Shown here: piece by piece, positions 7,737 through 15,507 of the stretch
Layout of the letters: each line of letters opens with the position of its first letter
How positions within the stretch are numbered: the first letter of the stretch is position 1
Assembly: GCA_049975265.1 (NCBI GenBank)
Contig: JBNGDF010000042.1
Span: 1 to 16,872, forward strand
DNA: 16,872 bases
Direction of reading: 5' to 3'
Source: Fidelibacterota bacterium
GTDB taxonomy: Bacteria > Fidelibacterota > UBA2242
Program-made: the position numbers and the translations under genes
Notes under the pieces: model-generated
The model's database searches: none
Told to the model about the DNA's origin: nothing
The model's input: only the letters and a program-made list of their open reading frames with translations

Positions 7737-8584
7737 GACGGAAAAGGGTCGAAGAGCAGATATTCAAATCCCTGGGGGCATTGGCAACGTACCTGATTAT
7801 TGCCGTGCTGTTATATCTGATCATTGTCATTTTGAAAAACGGTTGTCGGGCGCTGGACTGGGACATGCTCAGCCAAGTGCCCCGGGGTGGTTTTTACTTC
7901 GGCGAGGAGGGCGGTATTCTGAATGCCATCATCGGCTCATTCTATCTGGCAATCGGTGCCACGGTGCTGGCATTTCTGATCGGATTACCGGTGGCTCTCT
8001 TTATGAATGTTCACCTGATTCGGCATTGTTTCTGGCTCAACCGGATTCGTTTTTTCCTGGATGTGTTGTGGGGTGTGCCGTCTATCGTCTATGGCGCTTT
8101 TGGCTTTAGCGTGATGCTCTTTCTGGGACTGCGGGCGTCACTATTGGCGGGGATTCTCACCGTGACGCTGCTGATTGTACCGATCATGATTCGCTCCATT
8201 GATGAGGTGCTGAAAACCGTTCCGAAAGGTCTGCTGGAATCGTCTTATGCCCTGGGATCGACCCGCAGTGAGGTGGCTTTGAAAGTCTATATCCGTCAGG
8301 CTTTGCCGGGGATTGTAACGGCGATATTGCTCTCCTTCGGACGGGGTATCGGTGACGCCGCCTCGGTGCTGTTTACAGCCGGGTACACCGATTACATTCC
8401 CACCTCCCTCAGTCAACCCACCGCAACATTGCCGCTGGCGATCTTTTTTCAGCTCAGTTCACCGATACCCGCTGTCCGGGAACGGGCGTATGCGTCGGCA
8501 GTGGTATTAACGGTCATTATTCTCATCGTCAGCCTGACCGCCCGTTTCATATCCGCCAAATATAGAAAGCACGTTATTAAATGA
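7730..8584 (+). CDS. pstA: Phosphate ABC transporter permease PstA
   Basis: GGILNAIIGS, GVPSIVYGAFG, ESSYALGS, ALPGIVTAILL; GTG start with GGAG RBS, overlapping the pstC stop. Confidence 0.92.
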   Translation: MLRRKRVEEQIFKSLGALATYLIIAVLLYLIIVILKNGCRALDWDMLSQVPRGGFYFGEEGGILNAIIGSFYLAIGATVLAFLIGLPVALFMNVHLIRHCFWLNRIRFFLDVLWGVPSIVYGAFGFSVMLFLGLRASLLAGILTVTLLIVPIMIRSIDEVLKTVPKGLLESSYALGSTRSEVALKVYIRQALPGIVTAILLSFGRGIGDAASVLFTAGYTDYIPTSLSQPTATLPLAIFFQLSSPIPAVRERAYASAVVLTVIILIVSLTARFISAKYRKHVIK

Positions 8585-9336
8585 ATGATGCCATCATCAA
8601 TATTCATAATCTGAATGTCGCTCACGCCGGGACACCGATTCTAAAGGATGTCAACCTGGAAATACCCCGCCATAAAGTGACGGTGATTCTGGGTCCGTCG
8701 GGTTGCGGCAAAACGACTCTGTTGAAATGCCTGAATCGCCTGATCGATTTGTATGACGGATTGACGATAAGTGGCAGAATCTATCTTGATAACGAAGAAA
8801 TTCTGAATCGTAAAAACGATCTGACCCGCATTCGCCAGAAAATGGGATTGTTGTCCCAGCGCCCCTATCCACTGCCAATGTCGATTTTTGATAATGTGGC
8901 TTACGGATTGAAAATTCAGGGCTTGCGTAATCGCTTCGAATTAGCCGATCGGGTGGAATTTTACCTGCGACAGGTCAATCTCTGGGAGGAGGTCAAAGAC
9001 CGGCTGAAATCGCCGGCGACCCGGCTCTCCATCGGGCAGCAGCAGCGGCTTTGTCTCGCCCGGGGTTTGGCGGTGGAACCGGAGATCATCCTTGCCGATG
9101 AACCCACCTCGGCGCTGGACCCGCTTTCCAGCACCTGTATCGAAGAGCAGTTTATGCAGCTGAAACGGGATTATACCATTCTGATCGTCACCCACATCAT
9201 GCGGCAGGCGCGGCGTCTGGCGGATCACGTGGTTTTTATTTACCTGGGGGAAATCATCGAGCAGGGCTCGCCGGAACAGCTTTTTGATCATCCCCAGCAC
9301 CCGACGACGAAACAGTATCTGCGGTTGGGGCATTAA
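8581..9336 (+). CDS. pstB: Phosphate ABC transporter ATP-binding protein PstB
   Basis: Walker A GPSGCGKTT, signature LSIGQQQRLCLAR, Walker B ILADEPTSALDP, PMSIFDNVAYG; ATGA overlap with pstA. Confidence 0.94.
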   Translation: MNDAIINIHNLNVAHAGTPILKDVNLEIPRHKVTVILGPSGCGKTTLLKCLNRLIDLYDGLTISGRIYLDNEEILNRKNDLTRIRQKMGLLSQRPYPLPMSIFDNVAYGLKIQGLRNRFELADRVEFYLRQVNLWEEVKDRLKSPATRLSIGQQQRLCLARGLAVEPEIILADEPTSALDPLSSTCIEEQFMQLKRDYTILIVTHIMRQARRLADHVVFIYLGEIIEQGSPEQLFDHPQHPTTKQYLRLGH

Positions 9337-9357
9337 AGCAAATCCCGGGTTTAATAC

Positions 9358-9426
9358 CAACCTTCGGAAGGTTATTCTGTAACATCGTTACAGGCTGAAA
9401 CATTGTGAATAACCTTCCGAAGGTTG
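9358..9426. repeat. Nested palindrome (REPIN-like doublet), possible bidirectional terminator
   Basis: Perfect 20-bp inverted repeat CAACCTTCGGAAGGTTATTC (9358-9377) / GAATAACCTTCCGAAGGTTG (9407-9426), between convergent pstB and citF. Confidence 0.85.
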
Positions 9427-9453
9427 TTCCGGCGGGGTTTTGTTATTTAAACG

Positions 9454-11007
9454 TCATACGATTACCCGCCGGACAGCATCGATAATGGTGCCGTCCACCC
9501 ATTTGATCACCGCCACGATCTCATCGCCCAGTTTTGGTTTTTCGGGGACGCCACAGATTTTCTCCGCCTCGTCTTTGAGCTCTTTGATGGATTTTAACGG
9601 CAGTTTCGTGTTTTTCAAAGCCTTTAATAAATCTTTCCGTCGGGGATTGATCGCAATTCCACGTTCGGTAACGATGATATCGATCAGTTCTCCCGGACCG
9701 GTGATCGTCGTGACTGAATCGCGGATGACCGGAATACGATCCCGAAAGAGGGGAATCGGCAGGATGACGGTTTTACTGAAGAGACAGTTCTGCCAACCGC
9801 CGATGCCGTGCAGCAGGTAGCCGTCGGAGTGGGTATTGACATTGGCGTTGAAATCCAGGTCTACCTCCGTAGCACCCAGAATGACGATATCCACGAATTG
9901 CGCAAAATTGCCTTTTCCATGATAGTTATAACTGGTGAATGGCGATGTATCGCGGTGGCGGGGATTATCCCGCAGGGAGCGGACACCTTCGAGATCAAAG
10001 GTTTGTCCGTCGAGGATATAGTCAACCAGACCCTCCTCAAGCATTTTGACCAGGTACTGGTTGCTGCCACCCCGGGCGAAGCGGGCTTTAATGCTTTTTT
10101 CCCGCATCATCTGCTCAAAGTAATGCGTAATCGCCAGGGAGGTGCCGCCGGCTCCCGCCTGAAACGAAAAACCGTTTTTAATCAACCCGGCTTCGAGGCA
10201 GAGTTGAGCGGTCATTTCGGCGATCAGCAGGCGGTCAGGGCTCTTGGTGATTTTGGTCGTTCCGGAGACGATTTTTTCCGGCTCACCGATTTTATCCATC
10301 TGAACGACGTAATCCACATAATTGCCCTGAATTTGCCAGGGAACACAGGGAAAATCCACCAGATTATCGGTGACAACGATGACCTTGTGAGCATACTGGG
10401 AATCCGCCAGCGCAAAGCCCAGCAGACCGCAGGCTGATGCTCCGGTAACACCGTTGGCATTGCCGAAGGGATCGGCGGTGGGTGCGGCGATAACGGCGAT
10501 ATCGATGACCACTTCGCCGTCCTGAACCGCCTGATAGCGTCCGCCGTGGGAGCGTAAAACCCCCATGCCTCTCATTTTCCCTTCCGAGCAGTAGCGCCCC
10601 AGCGCACCGTTCAGGCTGCCCTCGATGTGATGGATTGTGCCGTTTTCCATAAAATCGATCATTTCGGCGTGGCAGGGAAAGGATGCCGAGGGAAACCAGA
10701 CCAGGTCTTTGATCCCAAGTTCCGCAGCAATCCGGAAAATCTGGACCGCGACGAGATCACCGTTGCGAAAATGGTGGTGGGTCGAGATGGTCATACCGTC
10801 TTTCAATCCGGCTTTACGCAGGGCTGTTTTCAAATCCCTGACCCGTTTATCGCCGGAGGGGAAATCCGCCATGCTGGCGGCCGGCGGTGCATATTTACGA
10901 TAGTCGGGTCTGTATTTACCAATTCCTTTATAGGGGACCTGTTTTTTGCCGTTCACTTCGGTGGGTACCAGGCGTCCCAGCGCATTTTTAACGAGTTCAG
11001 TTGCCAT
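9454..11007 (-). CDS. citF: Citrate lyase alpha subunit / citrate CoA-transferase
   Basis: GLKDGMTISTHHHFRNGD, RSHGGR, FSFQAGAGG, GATEVDLDFNANV, VTERGIAINPRR, DGTIIDAV; ATG 11007 has a GGAGA RBS and overlaps the upstream stop. Confidence 0.92.
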   Translation of the reverse strand: MATELVKNALGRLVPTEVNGKKQVPYKGIGKYRPDYRKYAPPAASMADFPSGDKRVRDLKTALRKAGLKDGMTISTHHHFRNGDLVAVQIFRIAAELGIKDLVWFPSASFPCHAEMIDFMENGTIHHIEGSLNGALGRYCSEGKMRGMGVLRSHGGRYQAVQDGEVVIDIAVIAAPTADPFGNANGVTGASACGLLGFALADSQYAHKVIVVTDNLVDFPCVPWQIQGNYVDYVVQMDKIGEPEKIVSGTTKITKSPDRLLIAEMTAQLCLEAGLIKNGFSFQAGAGGTSLAITHYFEQMMREKSIKARFARGGSNQYLVKMLEEGLVDYILDGQTFDLEGVRSLRDNPRHRDTSPFTSYNYHGKGNFAQFVDIVILGATEVDLDFNANVNTHSDGYLLHGIGGWQNCLFSKTVILPIPLFRDRIPVIRDSVTTITGPGELIDIIVTERGIAINPRRKDLLKALKNTKLPLKSIKELKDEAEKICGVPEKPKLGDEIVAVIKWVDGTIIDAVRRVIV

Positions 11008-12226
11008 AAGAATCTCTCCAGTTTTCCGGCAGTCTGCCGGCGTCAATTGCCATCGCAATGGTTTTCTGCGCCCGCTTGACGACGGGCGGATCGATCATTT
11101 TGGAGCCCAGCGCCACGACGCCGAGTTTTTTCTCTTCCGCCTCGTGAAAGGCGTTGACGATTTTCTGAGCCTTCTCGATTTCAGTGTCAGTGGGCGCAAA
11201 GGCGTCGTGAATCACCGGAACCTGGCGCGGATGAATACAGCCCATGCCCTCGAACCCCATGGCTTTGGACGCCTGCACCGTCTGACGCAGCCCCTCTTGA
11301 TCGGCAACATCGGAAAAGACCGAATCGATGGCTTGAATGCCGGCAGCTCTGGCGGCATTGACCAGCATGCTGCGGGCAAAAAAACTTTCACTGCCGTCCT
11401 GAGTTCTCTGGGTTCCCAGATCGGCGGTATAGTCCTCCAGACCAATCGCCAGCGCCACGACATTCGGACTGGCGGTAGCGATTTCATACGCATTGAGGAC
11501 GCCTTTGGCGCTTTCAATAATCGGCATGAGGTACACCGGGTAATCGAGCCCTTTCGCCTTTTTTATGACTTGTACTTTTTGGTCAATTTGGCTCAGATAA
11601 TCGGCATCTTCGCATTTTGGGACAAGAATAATATTGACATAATGGGGGACGATGAAATCAAGGTCTGCCAGTCCGCGTTCGCCCTGGTTGATCCGAACCA
11701 TACGCTCGCAACCATAAAAATTATTGGCTCGCAGGGCATTGCGGACGAGATAGCGGGCTTCGTCCTTTTTTACTGGTGCGACGCTGTCTTCCAGGTCCAG
11801 AATGATCCCGTCGGCTTTGTGCAGCCCGGCATTGATGAAGAGCTTGGGGGTATTGCCCGGCAGGTAGAGACGCGAACGACGGTAGCGATCGCGGGTGGTG
11901 GTAACGGTGTTTTCCGGGAGCATTTTCGGTAGAAATTCCCGGTCTGTCTGCTTTATCTGATTGATCGCCGCCTCCAGCCGTGCCGCAATGACAAACGGCA
12001 GGGCGCCGCTGTCATCCAGCGTGAGCCGTGCGTGTTCAATTTCAAAAAAGTGCAGAATCTCCCGAAGGAGCTGATGAATAGACTCTCCGAACAGAACCGC
12101 GACCTTGCTCTGAACCTCCAGCCGGATTCCGCCCTGCATGGTCAATTCGATTTCCACGTAGCAATCGGAACGAACGTCGGTTCCCCGATTTCCTGTGGCT
12201 GCCCGTTTTCCCACCGTTACCTCCAT
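10997..12226 (-). CDS. citE: Fused citrate lyase acyl-carrier (CitD-like) and citryl-ACP/CoA lyase (CitE) protein
   Basis: About 90 N-terminal aa CitD-like (RSDCYV, SKVAVLFGESI, DDSGALPFVIAARLEAAI). C-terminal CitE motifs: RRSRLYLPGN, ILDLEDSV, VRIN, PIIESAKG, GLEDY, IHPRQ, MIDPPVV. Confidence 0.9.
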   Translation of the reverse strand: MEVTVGKRAATGNRGTDVRSDCYVEIELTMQGGIRLEVQSKVAVLFGESIHQLLREILHFFEIEHARLTLDDSGALPFVIAARLEAAINQIKQTDREFLPKMLPENTVTTTRDRYRRSRLYLPGNTPKLFINAGLHKADGIILDLEDSVAPVKKDEARYLVRNALRANNFYGCERMVRINQGERGLADLDFIVPHYVNIILVPKCEDADYLSQIDQKVQVIKKAKGLDYPVYLMPIIESAKGVLNAYEIATASPNVVALAIGLEDYTADLGTQRTQDGSESFFARSMLVNAARAAGIQAIDSVFSDVADQEGLRQTVQASKAMGFEGMGCIHPRQVPVIHDAFAPTDTEIEKAQKIVNAFHEAEEKKLGVVALGSKMIDPPVVKRAQKTIAMAIDAGRLPENWRDSYGN

Positions 12227-12383
12227 TTTCAATTGAAGTCAAAATTGGGAAGATTTACGTTAAAAATCAATGTTTGGTAATGAAAAAAGATAGAAATGGC
12301 AGGATTCTCGGACATCAGGCGCCGGATTCATCAAACAAGATGATGATTTTTGAAAAATATTCTTAAAAAAGTAAAGCTTTCTA

Positions 12384-12413
12384 TTGAATTTTAATCCACC
12401 GCTGTCCTAAATT
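12384..12413 (+). promoter_or_regulatory. Putative sigma70-type promoter for the aconitase-like operon
   Basis: TTGAAT (12384-12389), 18 bp spacer, TAAATT (12408-12413); same CTATTGA context and spacer as the promoter at 1565. Confidence 0.45.
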
Positions 12414-12457
12414 GCCAGCTAAATGTTTTATCAAATCATGCATTTACAGGAGCAGCA

Positions 12458-13705
12458 ATGGGAAAGACATTCAGTGAAAAAATCCTGGGAATGAAAGCCG
12501 GGAAAAGTGTCGTACCCGGCGAGATCATTGAGGTGGAACCCGATGTCGCCATGAGCCATGACAACACGGCAGCCATTTCCAAGACCTTTTATAAGATCGG
12601 TGTGGAGCGGGTCTGTTACCCTGAGCGGCATGTGGTTATTCTGGATCACTGCACGCCGGCAGCCAACGAGAAGTTTGCCCAGAATCATAAGGATATCCGG
12701 GAGTTTGTCCGCCAGCAGGGCATCCGGAATTTTTACGATATCAACGTCGGTATCTGTCATCAGGTAATGCCGGAAAAGGGGCACGTCTGGCCGGGTGCTC
12801 TGATTGTGGGCGCCGATTCGCATACCACTTCCTACGGTGCATTTGGCGCTTTCTCGACGGGAATCGGTCGCAGTGAAATGGCGGCTATCATGGCGCGGGG
12901 AAAGATCTGGCTGCGGGTTCCCGAGACGATCCGGGTGTATGTGGAGGGAAAATTCCCGCCGGGAATTTCCTCCAAGGATTTGATGTTGAAAATAGCTGGA
13001 ACCATCGGTGCCGACGGCGCGCTGTACAAAGCCATTGAATTCTGCGGACCCACAATTGAAGAAATGAGTGCCGCCAGTCGCTTCGTGTTGGCTAATATGG
13101 CGGTGGAAGTGGGTGCGAAAGCCGGATATATGGTTCCGAACCGGGCGACACTGGACTTTTTAAAAGGTCGCGTTACCCGGGATTTTGAGATTGTCCGCTC
13201 CGATCCCGATGCGGAGTATGAGACCGAGTACCGCTTTGATGTATCGGATTTGGAGCCGATGATTGCCAAACCCCATACCGTTGACAATGTCGTTCCCGTG
13301 AGTACAGTAAAAGGGACGAAAATTGATCAGGTCTTTTTTGGTTCCTGTACCAATGCCCGGGTCGAGGATTTTGAGGTGGTTGCCGAAGTACTGCGGGGCA
13401 AAAAGGTGCATCGCGATGTGCGCATGCTGGTCTTTCCGGCATCTCAGGAAATCTATCTCGAGGTGCTGAAACGGGGCTGGATTACGGAACTGGTGGATGC
13501 CGGCTGTGTGATTATGAATCCCGGTTGTGGTCCCTGCATGGGTAACCATGAGGGTGTGCCCGCCAATGGCGAAGTGACGCTGGCGACCTCTAATCGAAAT
13601 TTCAAGGGTCGGCTCGGAAATAAAGAAGCCTTTGTCTATCTGGTCAGTCCCCGTTCGGCAGCGGTTTCGGCATTGACGGGTAAGATCGAGGATTTCAGAG
13701 AATAG
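12458..13705 (+). CDS. Homoaconitase / 3-isopropylmalate dehydratase large subunit (LeuC/HacA type)
   Basis: VILDH, GICHQV, GADSHTTSYGAFG, FFGSCTNAR and PGCGPCMG (three Fe-S Cys), TSNRNFKGR; AGGAG RBS. Confidence 0.93.
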   Translation: MGKTFSEKILGMKAGKSVVPGEIIEVEPDVAMSHDNTAAISKTFYKIGVERVCYPERHVVILDHCTPAANEKFAQNHKDIREFVRQQGIRNFYDINVGICHQVMPEKGHVWPGALIVGADSHTTSYGAFGAFSTGIGRSEMAAIMARGKIWLRVPETIRVYVEGKFPPGISSKDLMLKIAGTIGADGALYKAIEFCGPTIEEMSAASRFVLANMAVEVGAKAGYMVPNRATLDFLKGRVTRDFEIVRSDPDAEYETEYRFDVSDLEPMIAKPHTVDNVVPVSTVKGTKIDQVFFGSCTNARVEDFEVVAEVLRGKKVHRDVRMLVFPASQEIYLEVLKRGWITELVDAGCVIMNPGCGPCMGNHEGVPANGEVTLATSNRNFKGRLGNKEAFVYLVSPRSAAVSALTGKIEDFRE

Positions 13706-13800
13706 CTGCGGAGGCACGGAGGACTCTGAGAATAATGATACCGGACGAGAATATTAGGATACTTTAAGTTATTATGAACATGCCTCTGTGTCTCTGTGGC
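13705..13800 (+). mobile_element. Small inverted-repeat element (MITE-like) of the CACGGAG/CTCTGTG family
   Basis: Left arm 13705-13722 pairs with right arm 13783-13800; 60-nt AT-rich interior; 13705-13731 is 22/27 identical to 16714-16740. Mobility is inferred. Confidence 0.65.
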
Positions 13801-13822
13801 ATTAAATAGAGAGGAGTCAGGA

Positions 13823-14317
13823 ATGATTATAAAAGGAAAGGTCTGGAAATATGGGAACGATGTCAATACGGATGTCATTTTTCCCGGTAAATACACCTAT
13901 ACGGTGACTGAACCGGCGGAGATGGCGAAAGTGGCGCTGGAGGACCTGGACCCGGAATTTGCTAAAAATGTCCGGAAAGGCGATGTGATCGTCGGTGGAA
14001 CCAATTTCGGTTGCGGCAGCAGTCGCGAGCAGGCGGCAGCCTGTCTGGTCTATGCCGGTGTTGGCGCCGTAATCGCCGAGACCTTTGCCCGGATCTATTT
14101 TCGCAACTGTATCAATTTCGGTCTGCCGGCATTGACATCGGCGCAGGCGGTTGATGCTGTGGTGCATGGCGAAACAATTGAAATCGATACGGACAAAGGT
14201 GAAATCCGCTGTCAGGCTGGGGTATTTACATTTCCGCCGCTGCCCCGGGAAGTGGTGGGGATTTTCGATGCCGGCGGACTGATTCCCTATACGAAGAAGC
14301 AATTAGGAATTGAATGA
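13823..14317 (+). CDS. Homoaconitase / 3-isopropylmalate dehydratase small subunit (LeuD/HacB type)
   Basis: [59 protein letters not shown] before ATG 13823. Confidence 0.93.
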   Translation: MIIKGKVWKYGNDVNTDVIFPGKYTYTVTEPAEMAKVALEDLDPEFAKNVRKGDVIVGGTNFGCGSSREQAAACLVYAGVGAVIAETFARIYFRNCINFGLPALTSAQAVDAVVHGETIEIDTDKGEIRCQAGVFTFPPLPREVVGIFDAGGLIPYTKKQLGIE

Positions 14318-15483
14318 AATCACCCCTGTTTGAGTGGATTGTTCCCAGGTCACTGCGCAGGAATGCAGACCGGACTGCCTACGGGTGTCTGGAAGGGCGG
14401 GTCAGTATTGTGGTCAATTTTTTCCTGTTTGCAGGTAAATTGATCATCGGATTGCTAATCAACTCCATTGCGCTGATTGCTGATGCCGTCCACTCATTGT
14501 CGGATGTTGCCACGTCGCTTATTGTCATTTTAGGATATCGGATTTCTGCCAGACCGGCGGACCGCGAGCACCCTTTTGGTCATCAGCGTGCCGAATATGT
14601 GGCTACTCTGATTATGGCGGTATTACTGGTCGTAGCCGGAATAGAATTTATGAAATCCTCCTACGGACGACTGATCAATCCGCGCCTGGGCGTCGTTCAC
14701 TGGGGAGTGCTGGTATTTGTGTTTGCCACGATTTTGATCAAGACCTGGCTGGGTGGTTTTTCGGCATATCTCGGCAGAAAAATCGATTCGGCCGCGTTGC
14801 GGGCGGATGCACTCCACCATTATACCGATTCGGTCAGTTCGGTCCTGGTATTGATTGCAATTTTCGGAGCAAAATTGGGGTATCATTTTCTGGACGGAGC
14901 CGGCGGAATGGCAGTGGGATTTCTATTGATTTGGGCGGGTATTTCTATTGCCAGAGATGCTGCCGATACGCTGGTGGGCAAAGCCCCGACACGGGAGTAT
15001 ATCGCAGACATCCGCAAGACTTGTCTGAGTGTGGAAAATGTACACAGCATTCATGACGCGGTAGTTCACAGCTATGGAGACCAAAAATTTATCAGTGTGC
15101 ACGTGGAGGTGGATCAGGAAAACAGCAGCCTGCGGGCGCACGAGATTGCCACAAAGGTGGAGCAGTTGCTGGCGCAGCGGCTGAACGCCTATGCCATCGT
15201 GCATGTGGATCCCGTCGATCTGCACAGTCCAACCGTTGAGCGGCTGCGTCATTTGATTGCAGAATTTGTCCGAAACAGCAGCGCAATCCGGGAATTTCAC
15301 GATCTGCGGGTCGTCACCGGGACCGACCGGCAGAAAGTCTTCTTCGATATCGTACCAGTTGGAGAAGCGGTAAGTCGCTGTGAGGATCTGGATGATTGCC
15401 AAAAATTGATACACAAGATTCACCGGTACTATCCGCAATACGAAGTGCAGATTCATATTGACCAGATATATGCGTTTAATTAG
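14314..15483 (+). CDS. Cation diffusion facilitator (CDF) family transporter
   Basis: [40 protein letters not shown]; two tandem C-terminal dimerisation-type domains; ATGA overlap with the upstream gene. Confidence 0.92.
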   Translation: MKSPLFEWIVPRSLRRNADRTAYGCLEGRVSIVVNFFLFAGKLIIGLLINSIALIADAVHSLSDVATSLIVILGYRISARPADREHPFGHQRAEYVATLIMAVLLVVAGIEFMKSSYGRLINPRLGVVHWGVLVFVFATILIKTWLGGFSAYLGRKIDSAALRADALHHYTDSVSSVLVLIAIFGAKLGYHFLDGAGGMAVGFLLIWAGISIARDAADTLVGKAPTREYIADIRKTCLSVENVHSIHDAVVHSYGDQKFISVHVEVDQENSSLRAHEIATKVEQLLAQRLNAYAIVHVDPVDLHSPTVERLRHLIAEFVRNSSAIREFHDLRVVTGTDRQKVFFDIVPVGEAVSRCEDLDDCQKLIHKIHRYYPQYEVQIHIDQIYAFN

Positions 15484-15507
15484 TTAAATTAAGAAGGAGA
15501 AAGATCC

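Noticed and set aside
390..13822. Longer N-termini in the ORF track (starts 390, 2211, 5802, 11058, 12232, 13796)
   Set aside because: Downstream ATGs fit better with RBS position, signal peptides or family N-termini; the 390 and 13796 starts fall inside repeat arms.
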